Part shown: positions 51,639-63,828 of the stretch, piece after piece | Layout of the letters: each line of letters starts with the position of its first letter | Position numbering within the stretch: the stretch's first letter is position 1 | The notes under the pieces: generated by a model | Database searches by the model: none | Told to the model about the DNA's origin: nothing | What the model saw: only the letters and a program-made list of their open reading frames with translations | Translations under genes and position numbers: made by a program | Origin: Octopus bimaculoides | Lineage: Eukaryota | Direction: 5' to 3' | Assembly (NCBI RefSeq): GCF_001194135.2 | Contig: NC_068981.1 | Location: forward strand, 149,751,617 to 149,815,616 | Length of the DNA: 64,000 nucleotides

Positions 51639-52595
51639 GCCGACAGATTTTGTATTTGTATATATATTTATTTGTATACGTGTCTATATGTGTGCATGTA
51701 TTTGTTTGTATTTATGTAGAGATGCATGTCATTTTATGTGTGCGTTTTTATACGTGTGCGTTTCGCAAGCTGAACGAAGTATCTAACGAAAGTGAGATAC
51801 TTATAGGAGCACCAATCATTTTACTCTCTCTGTCTCGATCTATGTTTCCCTTTCTCCCTCTAATTTTCTGCTTCTTTTTCTTTTATTTCTTTTTCTTCTT
51901 TTCCCTCTTTTCTTTCTCCCCCATTTTCATTGTCTAATTCTTTCCCTTTTCTTTTTTTCGCCTATAAAAACTAAGTTGTATAAGCATACACCAGGTGGTT
52001 CAATGCGCTTGCGTGTGTGTGCGTGCTTACATATATATGCATTTGTATTTATTTATGCTTTGCCTATATATGTATGTATATGTCTGTATATGTATGTAGC
52101 CATGTACCCACGTCTGTATGTTTAGTGTATATACGCATATTATAGATTGTTTGGTATGTGTATGTATTGCTAAATGTATGTGTAGCGTGAAAGCTTTTAA
52201 ACGGATATATCTTTTAATTTATTATTATTTTTACAATTCATTATTTACTCTGGGTATTCAGGCCTTTTTCCTTCTTCATAAACTATTTTTGATTTAAGGT
52301 TTTCTTCGATTTTATAATAATATGATTTTAAACCGCAATTTGTTATTTCATGCAACCGGTTATGGAAAAGACCGTTAGTTGAAATGACCAATGAAACAAA
52401 ACCATTTCAAATGTGTATCTATCAAAGTAATTATATTTTTGTATATATCTTTATCTTGCTCCATTCTAAACAAAACAGACCGACGAACGGGAACGTGAAA
52501 CTCTGAGTAACAATTCTTGTTATAATTTTGGTGCTTTTTAATAAAGTATCTTACGCTACCTCTGGTATTTAGGTACTATTTTTCCACCTTACTCT

Positions 52596-52640
<45 letters not shown>

Positions 52641-52642
<2 letters not shown>

Positions 52643-52850
52643 TTTTATTTGCTTCAGTAATTTGACTGCGACCATGCTACAGCACCGCCTTTAGTCGAGC
52701 AAATCGACCCCAAGACTTATTCTTTGTAAGCCTAGTACTTATTCCATCGGACTAACCAGTATCGGTTTTCAAGCAATGTTGAGGTACAAACAGAGACACA
52801 CAAACACACACACAAACACACACACACAAACACACACACACACACATACA
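52641..52850 (-). mobile_element. SINE family B tail running into its microsatellite
   Basis: ttcttttatttgcttcagtaatttgactgcgaccatgct..agcaccgcctttagtcgagcaaatcgacccc..tattctttgtaagcctagtacttattc. Confidence 0.8.
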
Positions 52851-52857
52851 TATATAT

Positions 52858-52888
<31 letters not shown>

Positions 52889-53232
52889 TGGATATACATA
52901 CATATATATATATATATATNNNNNNNNNNNNNNNNNNNNNNNNNNNNNNNNNNNNNNNNNNNNNNNNNNNNNNNNNNNNNNNNNNNNNNNNNNNNNNNNN
53001 NNNNNNNNNNNNNNNNNNNNNNNNNNNNNNNNNNNNNNNNNNNNNNNNNNNNNNNNNNNNNNNNNNNNNNNNNNNNNNNNNNNNNNNNNNNNNNNNNNNN
53101 NNNNNNNNNNNNNNNNNNNNNNNNNNNNNNNNNNNNNNNNNNNNNNNNNNNNNNNNNNNNNNNNNNNNNNNNNNNNNNNNNNNNNNNNNNNNNNNNNNNN
53201 NNNNNNNNNNNNNNNNNNNNNNNNNNNNNNNN

Positions 53233-53274
<42 letters not shown>

Positions 53275-53399
53275 TACATACATACATATAAGTCAAGGAA
53301 TAAAATGGAGAAGTGATACAATTGACAAACATCAGTAAGATTTGTTTACTAGAATCATAGGAATAAATAAGTTAATAAATACAATTTCACTCTTACAGT

Positions 53400-53890
53400 T
53401 GTTTCTACTTGGGGAATCTTCGAAAGTAAGCCTCGACGGTTATTCCTTCTTGGGGGTCATATTTGAATTCGTTTATGGAATTTGCTACGTCATCAGGTGA
53501 AAATGTATTCTCCAGATTGGTTATCAACTTCATTAAGTGTAACATTCGCTGCTGCAATCCTTGTTGCTATTCTCGTTGCTGTTTTTGCAACTCAACTATC
53601 CCAGCTAATAAGTCTTCCATGTTTTACGATTTTCGTAAGTTTGCTCAACAATATTTTTGCTACTTTCTTGTCGAAGTATTTAATTTTCCTTGTGAATTAG
53701 TCTAACTTTCCATGTGAATGTTTGTTTTTTCACTCCTCGTAAATTTGATTTTCCTCGTCCCCACTTTTATAAAATGGTCTTTTGCCACTGTTGTATTTGT
53801 CTTTTGATGACAGTTGACGCTCTGACAGATATTGTTATGTTCCAAAATCCTCCAGAGAACAGTGCTATCTGGCATTGTACGACCCCCAGT
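53400..53890 (-). mobile_element. Ty3/Gypsy (Mag-like) LTR retrotransposon fragment: LTR 3' end, PBS and gag N-terminus
   Basis: Minus strand: ..aaatacaaCA (53789) gtggc.., then gTGGGGACGAGG (53764-53753; Mag-type PBS is TGGCGACGAG), then ATG at 53620 reading MEDLLAGIVELQKQQRE*QQGLQQRM..FSPDDVANSINEFKYDPQEGITVEAYFRRF. Confidence 0.6.
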
Positions 53891-53912
53891 CTTAAAGTTT
53901 TATTATACAACA

Positions 53913-53954
<42 letters not shown>

Positions 53955-54296
53955 NNNNNNNNNNNNNNNNNNNNNNNNNNNNNNNNNNNNNNNNNNNNNN
54001 NNNNNNNNNNNNNNNNNNNNNNNNNNNNNNNNNNNNNNNNNNNNNNNNNNNNNNNNNNNNNNNNNNNNNNNNNNNNNTATATATATATATATGAATATCT
54101 GCATATATGCCGGTATTCTATATTTATACTTCTACCTTTACGGTGCTTTATTTGACTGGAAAGTAATACATTTGTATTGGAACATTTAATTTTTTTCATC
54201 GAAAACGTTTTCACTGTTCTCGGTACTGTTAACGACTAGGCATTCAGACGAGTATACTGGCACTGATGTAGCAACATTTGAAATATTGTCGAGGTA

Positions 54297-54371
54297 AATG
54301 TAGCTGAAGAAGACTAATCAAATTTACGATATCAAACGTATTTGAAGAGTCCGAAACCTAGGTCCTAGATT
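54297..54371 (+). ncRNA. Type-I hammerhead ribozyme motif with extended stem II
   Basis: aatgtag-CTGAAGA-A-GACT..caaa-tt-tacg(atatcaaa)cgta-tttg..AGTC-C-GAAAC-CTAG-GT-C-ctagatt. Stem I is 3 bp plus a mismatch plus 3 bp, cores are intact, stem III is palindromic ACCTAGGT, and the GUC cleavage site follows 54364. Confidence 0.6.
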
Positions 54372-56840
54372 ATCCAATTTTGGGTTGTCCATTTATCTAA
54401 TGTTCTTCCTAGAAGCAAAATGGATTTTTTATGTTCGCTGCCCGCACACATCGTTGCCAGAATATATACAGTGAAGCTTTACTATAGCGTCATAAAATTA
54501 TCGACTGCTATTTCCAGTAAACATTGGTGCCTTGTGGTACTACTAGTATATATTTATAATTAATATGAAATATAAATATATATATATATTTAGAAAGAGA
54601 GAGAGAGAGAGAAAGAGGGAGATGTGCATGAATATGGGTATATATACATTTATATATGAATAATTTTACGTAAATATATGAATATAAATGTGAACACAAG
54701 AATACTCATATATGTGCAAACATAGACAGTTTCTATTTGATATATAACTAGCAGCGTGTTTCCACCGCTTCACACATTTAAAATAGTGAATTATTACTTG
54801 AATCTAAACCTTCGCAGAGGGATCACCGCTCACATTTGCTATTGTTAGACCCTTAACATATTCACATTAACCATATCACGATCCTCCTTAACCACAAGTC
54901 CAAGTCACTTAAAAATGAAATAATTCATTTCAGTAGTATTTTATATATATATATAAAGAAACACACGCGCACACACGCACACACACACACACACACACAA
55001 AGAGAAGTAGATTGCATGTGATTTGCTCGAGAAACAAAAATGATACTTTCAGCTTTATGTCGAAATTTAAACTGACTCTCATACATTTTAATTTATGAGA
55101 CATAGGCAAGAATTAGTCTGTTGGAGTATGCAATAGCTGCGCATATATCACATAAATTTCCTAAATTCTAACGTAGACCAATGCAGTCCTCTTCACTTAT
55201 TCATGAATTCATTCATTTTAATTTTTGATTTAATTCATTTATTCAGATATACATTCATTGACACAGTTAAGCTTTTATTTACTTAACCAATTATCTCCTT
55301 CATTTAACTTTCAATTGTAGCATCCATTTGTTAATTTCTTTTACATTACCTTGTTTACCTAGTGTCTATGAATTATATTGTGGATGGAATAATTCTGGTT
55401 AATACACGTATTACCATTACCGAATCTGCCTAACAATGTGCATTCCTTATACACGTCTGTATATTGTAATGCAGGCATCACACATACGCGGTCATGTAAA
55501 AATAAGCGTGTGCTGTTGTAGTTTTGTATATGATTTGAGATATATATAAATATATGTGAAGTTTGTATGTGTGTGTATGTGTGCGTATCTTCCTTATGCA
55601 TTCCAAAACAGAGTTACTGATTTTGACGTATGAGGTATCAAAAGATTCAGTACTTTTTCAGCTACCAACTAAAATTTATTTTCATTTACATAATTGTATT
55701 ACAAAAAATTACCATTCAAAATCTTTTCCATAAGTCAGCTATCGTAAGCATTTTATACGACGACGATGGCGATGACGTCACATTTTCTATATGAGTGTGT
55801 ACCTTAAAAGAAAGACATCTATCATCACGACCCACACTTTCAATCAATCACTCTATCTATATCTCTTTCTCTCTCTCGCACACGCGCGCGCGCACACACA
55901 TCCATTTCATATACACGTGTATACATCTTTCACTTTTTCATCTACTTCACTTTCTGCTCTCTTTCCGCTTTCTCTTTTCTTTCAATTTATGTTCTCTTCA
56001 AAGCGTAAAGAAATAATTGTCTTACGGGATGAGCGAGAGAAACACAGAATAAGAAAAGGACAAAGAGACAAAAAAGAATAAAGCAGAGACAGAAAACAAG
56101 TTTCTATAGGAGTAGAGGAAAGACTGGGATAGCAGGTGAGAGAGAAATGCTGATATTTCATACCCTACATATGTTTTATAGTTGAAAGCGAAAGAAAGCC
56201 GGCAGAAAGTTGATACTATATGTATGTTCTATAGGTGAAGGTGAAAGAAAGCCGGCACAAAGTGAGGGGAAAGCGGGAGAGGAGACGCTGAGAAGCCTAG
56301 AAACGAGATCGTATCGCTCAATTTTCAGGTCATTTTCACTTCCGTCCCATGTTTTACGCATACGTAGGATTAGGAATTTTTTCTGTCTTTCAGTTTCTCA
56401 TTATAATGTATGGAAACCTTATGCTGTCAACATGTTTACAACTTCAAGAACTTCATTTCCTTTTTTTGAAATTAAGAAAGGTATGCATAAATAACTTCAT
56501 TTAGCACACATTCACAGTTAAAGTTCTGTATGAGTTATGCTATTTCTTACTGTGCGCTAAATTACAGCTCAAATGCTATGAAAATTACCTTTTGCTATTT
56601 TGTCATTCCTGTTTGAGGTGAGCGTATTTCAAGACCTGATCTTCCATTTAAACTTACAAGGAAGTTATCTCAGAGATCCTGTCCTTTACCAGTTGTTTCT
56701 AGCATGTCCGATATGACATTTGCGTACCTCGCTTTTATTTTTCTCCTCAATTTTCTCACATTTCTATATTTTCCATACAGGAGATTTGCATTTCGCACGA
56801 AAGTGGGTAGCTGATGGGTGGCCCAGGTGGGGGAAGGGGC

Positions 56841-57726
56841 ATTCAGTATTTCTTTCAGAAAAATTAGACTTTAAAAAAAATCATATTTCCCATATTCGCA
56901 AACTCTGTATTTTTCTTCGTGGATAAAAACAAAATTCGAAAAGCAGTTAACAATTAAGAAATTTCGGTGGGGAGGGGGGAAATTATAATTTTGAAAACGT
57001 GATTTCTAGGCAAAATCAAAATCATATTGACCCCTTTTTATTTGATGAAACAGTACATAGTTTGTGATCCTTCTGAAGAAAATAAATCACTTTCATGCAC
57101 CCCCCCTTCACTTCTGGACAAACAATAGCTTCCATTATGCCAGTAATCCACTCCCCTATATATCACCTAACAGAGTGCATTACGCATATCAACACAGAAT
57201 CTAGCCAAATCATTTAGAGTTTACTGCTTCTTTTCATAATAGCTGTTTACAAATTGACAAATGGATTTTTCCACATCTCTTCATTCGTTACTAAAAAATG
57301 AAATTATACAATGGACAACTTCAAATTGCTATGTCTTCCATCATATATGTTCCTTAATCGTTCGCTCTTTTCAGCCATACCACCAAAACGAAGACATTCT
57401 TATTTATCTCTACAAACAAGGGCCGCAAAGAAAATGCCTCTATTTGTGCTCAAGAAAACTCACTTCAACGATGCCCAAATTTATTTTCTTCAGAAGGATC
57501 ACAAACTATGTACTGTTTCATCAAATAAAAAGGGGTCAATATGATTTTGATTTTGCCTAGAAATCACGTTTTCAAAATTATAATTTCCCCCCTCCCCACC
57601 GAAATTTCTTAATTGTTAACTGCTTTTCGAATTTTGTTTTTATCCACGAAGAAAAATACAGAGTTTGCGAATATGGGAAATATGATTTTTTTTTAAAGTC
57701 TAATTTTTCTGAAAGAAATACTGAAT
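56841..57726. repeat. Long foldback inverted repeat: arms 56841-57087 and 57479-57726, spacer 391 bp
   Basis: By direct comparison the arms are reverse complements apart from one extra base in an A/T homopolymer. Confidence 0.9.
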
Positions 57727-57767
57727 TTCAAAACGATCACCGACGGCGGATTTCTGCTCAATCTACC

Positions 57768-58660
57768 CTTATTGTCTGAGATGAATGCACGATGGCACAC
57801 CGTGGTGCACTAGAAGCCCTAGATAGGTCATTAATGGATATTAAGAACAATACTGCTATTATGGGGGTGGAGGGCTTAACTGTTGTCCTTGCAGGGTATT
57901 TCTATAAAATATTACCAGTCATACCACGAGGTACATGAGCTGACGTGATCTATGCGTGTCTGAAGTCTTCACCTCTCTGGAGGTTTGTTCGTCAGCTTTC
58001 ATTAAGCAAGAATATGCGATCTCATCTCTACAATGACCCCTTAGCTGAGGAAGTCTCTCATCAACTTCTACAAAGTGGAAATAGCGCCTTACCGTTGAAT
58101 AACACCGTGCAATAGCATGTACTGCAATGTGGGCACATGGAGTCTACATTGGAGGAGCTTAAAGAAAATGTATTTCCCCCATTACAAGACAACTTCAAAA
58201 ACATAGCATTGTTCGCGGAGAGAGCTATTTTAGCACCTCGGAATGAAGGTGTTTGTTTCCATTGATACTACCATGGACTAACATACGGCTGTTGAGTACC
58301 CAGTTGAATTTCTCAACTCTCTGCAACCTATAGGACTGCCACTAAATAAGTTGTTCCCAAATAAAAGTTGCACCTATCGTGCTCTTGAGAAATTTAGACC
58401 CACCACGACTATGCAAGGTCATGTTCTAGAATCGACCATTATTACCAGCTGCTATCGAGGAGAGATTGCATACATTCCACGCATGCCCCGTGTTTCCTCA
58501 AATGTTCCATTTCAATTCAAGCGCCTCCAGTTCCCAGTGAGATTGTGCTTCGCTATAGCAATCAACAAAGGCCAGGGTCAAACTTTAAATATTGTGGGTC
58601 TCAATTTACACATAGCCTGCTTTTCTCATGGACAACTCTATGTCGCATGCTCTTGAGTTA
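57768..58660 (+). mobile_element. Helitron RepHel PIF1-type helicase remnant
   Basis: LIV*DECTMAHRGALEALDRSL, ILPVIPRGT*ADVIYACLKSSPLW, ERAILAPRNE, EYPVEFLNSLQPIGLP, and FKRLQFPVRLCFAIAINKGQGQTLNIVGLNLHIACFSHGQLYVACS. Confidence 0.9.
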
Positions 58661-59845
58661 GCAGTGCAGATGACCTGTATATAGTGTTGCCAAACTTAAG
58701 ATCAGAATTTTCAGTAGAAAGAATACCAAAAAATTGCTAAACAATATGACATAAAAATGCTAAAGACTAATTATATCAAAAAGCTTAATTTTTATTTACT
58801 TTCTTTAATTATATTCAGCATTGAGAAATAATTTCTTGAATTTCACTGATTTGATCACTTTTAGCTGCAGTGCCAAGGTCTTGATTTCTGTATATATTCA
58901 AGGTCCCAACATTGTTAATTATGTGCTTTGGAATGTCGAAGTTTTTACATTTCCCATATCTTTTTAGGCATTATTTTATAGACAGTATTGATCTAAGCAT
59001 AGTAAGATGCATTTTGGTTTTTAATTTTGATTTGATTACACGCATACTGCTGAAAAATCGTTCAACGTCTGCATTTGAGTTTGGCAATTTCAATAGATTA
59101 ATGGCAAAATTTGCAACATCTTTAAAATGGTTTCCTCCAGTAGCATCTTTATATCCCAAGACATCTAGCCTGAGTGCCTCAGTATTAAAGGTATTTGTCC
59201 ATTTAACTAAATGTTCTTCAATTGAAGCAATTTTTTTCTTCATTTCAATTCATTGCTTCTAACACAGATAAAATTGGCTCTTTGAAATGCTGCAAAATAT
59301 TCCCTACTGAAAAACATTTGATATTCCTCAGTATATTAATATTTCCTGGCAGACCGTACTTGAGCTCTTCATAAAGGCAGAGTAAAAATTACTGTGCTCT
59401 TTTGCGAATATTATTTTCTTCGGTGGCTGTTAAAGTCTTGATAATCATTTCTACTATCTTTCTCTCGAATCTGTAGCCTAAATTTGGTTTAGGATCCGGA
59501 TTAAGAGGATCAATTCTACATATTGGCAACACTATCATATTAGCGACAGATTTGATCAAATTTGAAAGATCTTCAAGTAATTTTGTTTTGTTGACAGTGC
59601 TTGATTCAAACAGTTTATTCACTCCCTGAACATGTTTTAAAATCGGATGCAAAATTAAAAGGTAAAGTTCATTCCTAGAATCTCAAAACATTACACGTAA
59701 CGTTTCTGCTGTAAAGCATTTTTCTTTTGCAGTGAGTTTGGAAGTGAGTTAGCTTAAAATTCTATTTACCGCTGGTTGTATTGACAGAATTCACAATCTT
59801 CAAAGGCTCTATATCATTCATAGCAAAGTAAAGTTGTTTGTAGGA

Positions 59846-60007
59846 GAATATACAAAAAATAACAACAGACGAGGACAGGTGGTGTAAATAACAAAAGTAT
59901 ATATTAGTATGACGCTCGGGAATACGGAAAGTCTTTGACGTTTCGAGCTACGCTCTTCAACAGAAAGAATACGGAGACAAGGAGAAAAACACGGAGAAAA
60001 AAAATTG
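59846..60007 (-). mobile_element. Hammerhead-bearing short repeat (PLE pseudo-LTR-like) inserted in the hAT transposase
   Basis: Related to 33280-33470; interrupts the transposase reading at SY/KQLY. Confidence 0.55.
59932..59968 (-). ncRNA. Minimal type-I hammerhead motif with one core substitution
   Basis: TCTTT-CTGTTGA-A-GAGC-GTA-GCTC-GAAAC-GT-C-AAAGA: 5-bp stem I, perfect 4-bp stem II, GUC site; core A6 is replaced by U. Confidence 0.55.
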
Positions 60008-60711
60008 ATTTTTATTTACTTTCTTTAATTATATTCAGCATTGAGAAATAATTTCTTGAATTTCACTGATTTGATCACTTTTAGCTGCAGTGCCAAGGTC
60101 TTGATTGTAGGATCTTTGTCTTGTTGAAGAATGAGAAAGCTATTTATAGGTTTCGGATACTAAAAATTCTAAATTTATGGGCAAGCATTCAGCACAAGTA
60201 TTGGATACTGCCAACTGTAAAGAATGACATACACATCTAAATAGAAGTAATGATGGAACTTCTTTTAAATTCTTGAAAACACCATTGTTGACTCCTATCG
60301 TTATTCTAGGGTTGTCCGTTCCTATAACCAGTAAATTTTTTATATCTAATTTCTTTTTCACTAATTCAGTTTTTAAGGCATCTACAATGCCATCTGCTTC
60401 ACATGTTTCTAAAGATACCATACTGAGATATGTAAGATCCTAATATACATACATACATACATACATACATGAGAGTGTATATGCATACAAGACTGTGTGG
60501 GTCTATATGTGTCCGTGTACATTCAACAGTCTTTGTATTTATGTGTAAGTGCATGTACATATGTTTGTATATTTCTTCCGAGTGACATGCCACACATATT
60601 GCTGTTACTATTCCTCGTCTTTCTGCCAGACTTCTGGAGAGATGTCCACTTGAATATATCTAAAACTATGATTGTGTTTAATGCTGATGTTTAATTTCCA
60701 CTTATAATGTG

Positions 60712-60905
60712 GCACGCTGGCAGAATCATTAGCACGCCGGGCTTAGTTGGAATTTGTCCTTAATTACGTTCAGAGTTCACATTTCTCCGAGCTTGGCTTT
60801 GCCTTTTATCCTCTCGGAGTCGATAAAATAATTACTAGTTGGGCACCGGGGTCGATGCAATCAATTTATCCTTTACCTCCAGCCGAGAATTTGAAACTAT
60901 ATTTA
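60712..60905 (+). mobile_element. SINE family A
   Basis: ggcacgctggcagaatcattagcacgccgggc..tacgttcagagttcacatt..ctttgccttttatcctctcggagtcgataaaataa..ggggtcgatgcaatc. Confidence 0.75.
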
Positions 60906-61905
60906 ATTTCAACTTATAGAATAATCTTCCTCCTCTCTTGTCTTCTGTTTTCTTCTTCCCCTGCAGCTGCTTCTTCTTCAGAAAGAAAACAAGGAAAGAA
61001 AACAATTCAAAGAGAATGGAAAAATGGGTGAGAACGGAAGGATGGAAGAATGGTATGGAAGGTGAGGAATGCAGAAAGGAATATCTCATCTTTAACAGAC
61101 TGAACAAGGTAAAAATAAGCGAAAAATTACACCACATCAGTTGTTTCACGCAGGAATTTTACGGTTTCAATGCCTGACAGAAAATCTACCTTACCGATGT
61201 TATCAGCAATCACATACGGTGGTTACTGAATTGACGCTGTTGAGGCAAGTCACAAAACACAAGAAAAATAAAACAAATAATTCTTTGGTGATAGGACAAA
61301 TAATACTTAAGGACAAATATCTAAATATGCGTTTATAAGCATGTCTTTATGTGTTGCATGTGTGCAAGAGCATATGTGTATCCAATAGTGGGGTTGAGAT
61401 GGTGTATGTGACGTACGGGTTTATAAGTCATTAGAAAGCTCCTGTAGTTTTGCACCATGGTAAATTGATTAAAATTCTGTTGGCAGTTAAACAAAGAAAA
61501 TTAGAAATTCATGGCATATTAATTTAAAATTACCTGTAATTTGTCTTAGAAAAATATCCCGTTAATTATGTTTACTGATTCCAAACATTAAAGAAATCAC
61601 AGATAATCATATCAAAATAATTTGAATGTAAATTAGCGAGTTCTCTTTCAATAATTATCATGATCTATTTACATATCTGCTGGGGTTTGTGTAGAAATAT
61701 GTTGATATTCTGCGCTTCATATACATAAAAGAATAAGAAGAAATTTTTATATGAGTGTATGACAAAATATTGACTTATTCAATCAAAACGATGGGTTATG
61801 TGTTACATATGTATGTAATACAAATGAGAATGTATACACTTTGCAAACAATCTGTGCTTATTCAAATTAAAAATTCATATTTACGTAATATCATTAGACT
61901 TTACA

Positions 61906-62044
<139 letters not shown>

Positions 62045-62554
62045 TCCATTTATTACCAAAATGTATTATTAAATGTTGTTTAGTTTCAACTTTTGTCTTG
62101 TACTTCAGCTAACCATAAGTATGTGAGTCTTAAAGGGAATACTAGGAGGAAAAGAAGCAGCTTGGTGAATAGAACCAAAATCTACAGATCTGTAAATGCA
62201 TTCAGCAGATGGTGAGGAGATCAGCAATGAGTATTCCTATGCGATAAGGAGATAAAAGAGGCCTCACACACTTGAGATCAGCAGAAGACAAATGTGTTTA
62301 CTACTACTGGCGATCAGTGAGAGAGCTGACCTTGGCCGTGAAAAGAACCAATTCAACTTGTTCTATTTATATATATATATATATATATGTTTATATACTG
62401 ATGTTCACGTTATTCGAATTTCGAATTTTTGAATTAAAAAAAATATTTTTATCTTTAAGTTTTGCTTTGGTTTACAGTTTTTGTAATAATGCAGTTTGTA
62501 TATATTGGCAGGTGTCACAATAAAAACACCTGTAATTGCGCAACCTGATAATCG

Positions 62555-63660
62555 TTACCTCGTATGAGTGACAATGAAAAACCAAAATATTGTGAATAAC
62601 GGTGGTAATGAAACTGAAGACCTTGATGGGCACAGAGTTGCACCCGGCAGGCTCAGAGATACTGGTCCGACTCCAGCCTGTCGTTATCCAGCAAGGAACC
62701 AGTTTACACGGCGTAGATAGAACAAACAAGTTAATGCTGTGGTCATCATGGAGTGTTACTACCTGAGCAACCCTGTATACCAAAATGGTGTTGATATTAG
62801 GGGGTACCGACAAAATATGTATGATCAATGGAGAGAAAGAGAGGATTGTTTCAACTCACGAAACAGAGGTTATGTGATCAATCTAGAGCAATAAGAAAAT
62901 AACATTGGTTCACAGAAGTAGAGCTTGAATCTATCAAAAGACGGGTATTGGAAAACAGCAGCAGAGGAAACGATGAAAACACAGTTCCTACTGATAAAAG
63001 TAATCTCATAGCATAAAGCAGAGGTGACATCTCTAATAAACCACAGGAAATGAACAGTGATAGCTTGCTCGATGAGAGACATAGATAGTCTGGAAGAAGA
63101 CAATAAAACTAATAGTGGCATGACAGATAGGCAAAAGACAATCTACGACAGAATAAAGGCAAAGCTACTAGAGAACGATAGCAACATTATTTGCAGCCTT
63201 AAAAAGTTTGATCGGTGGAAATTGAACCAAGAATCGAAAAATGTGAATGAAATTCTGAAATACATCAAAACAAAAAGCATCACGGACACAAATAATTTGA
63301 TCAAGGCAGCAAGTATTGTAGCAGAAAATGTGGGTGTTGATGTCAAGAAAAAGAAATATAATGAGAGTGACAAAAGAAAATATCGATGGTAGAAAAGAAG
63401 ACTGGTGGGGTTAGCCATGCTCTCGAAGGACATTTCTGTGTTAGACAGAAAAGAGAAGCAGGGAGCTTAGAAGCGAATAAAAATACAGGGCACTGAACAG
63501 GAAGTATGATATTGAAAGAAAGGGTCTGAAAGTAGAAATGGAGGAGCTGAAACAGAATCTCGTTGCAAAAAAAAGCAAAGATGGTAAGATACGACTTAAT
63601 AATGAAGGGATACCAGTAGAATAGGTTATTCACAGCAGATCACAAGTGATTCTACAAAGA
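62555..63660 (+). mobile_element. R4/Dong-type LINE, N-terminal ORF region, decayed
   Basis: VIMECYYLSNPV..RGYRQNMYDQWRER, KQRLCDQSRAIRK*HWFTEVELESIKRR and VNEILKYIKTKSITDTNNLIKAASIVAENVG resemble the pre-RT region of these elements. Confidence 0.7.
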
Positions 63661-63679
63661 AATAAATGTACAGTGTACA

Positions 63680-63770
63680 GTTAAACCAGTACCAGTTAAA
63701 CACTGGGGTAGTGCAATCGACTAGCCCCATCCTCCACAATTTCTGGCCCCTTGTGCCTATAGTAGAAAGG

Positions 63771-63828
<58 letters not shown>
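63680..63828 (+). mobile_element. SINE family A 3' tail with (ATT)n
   Basis: gtaccagttaaacactggggt..caatcgactagcccc..ccttgtgcctatagtagaaagg(att)n. Confidence 0.75.

Larger units (their letters stand above)
58682..60421 (-). mobile_element. Decayed hAT-superfamily DNA transposon (transposase remnant, 5'-truncated)
   Basis: IGTDNPRITIGVNNGVFKNLKEVPSLLLFRCVCHSLQLA (catalytic D and CxxH), ETY..SHSSTRQ, PLKI, and LLKLPNSNADVERFFSSMRVIKSKLK (dimerisation domain, catalytic E). TAGTGTTGCCAA at 58682 resembles a Blackjack-type terminus. Confidence 0.85.

Noticed and set aside
55773-56344. CRE (TGACGTCA, 55773-55780) and ETS (ACTTCCG, 56338-56344) motifs suggesting a promoter
   Set aside because: Short motifs expected by chance in 64 kb; no linked first exon identified.
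59523-59534. 12-bp inverted match (TTGGCAACACTA) to the putative hAT terminus at 58682
   Set aside because: It lies inside the transposase coding remnant (MIVLP) and the flanks show no 8-bp TSD, so it is not treated as the other end.
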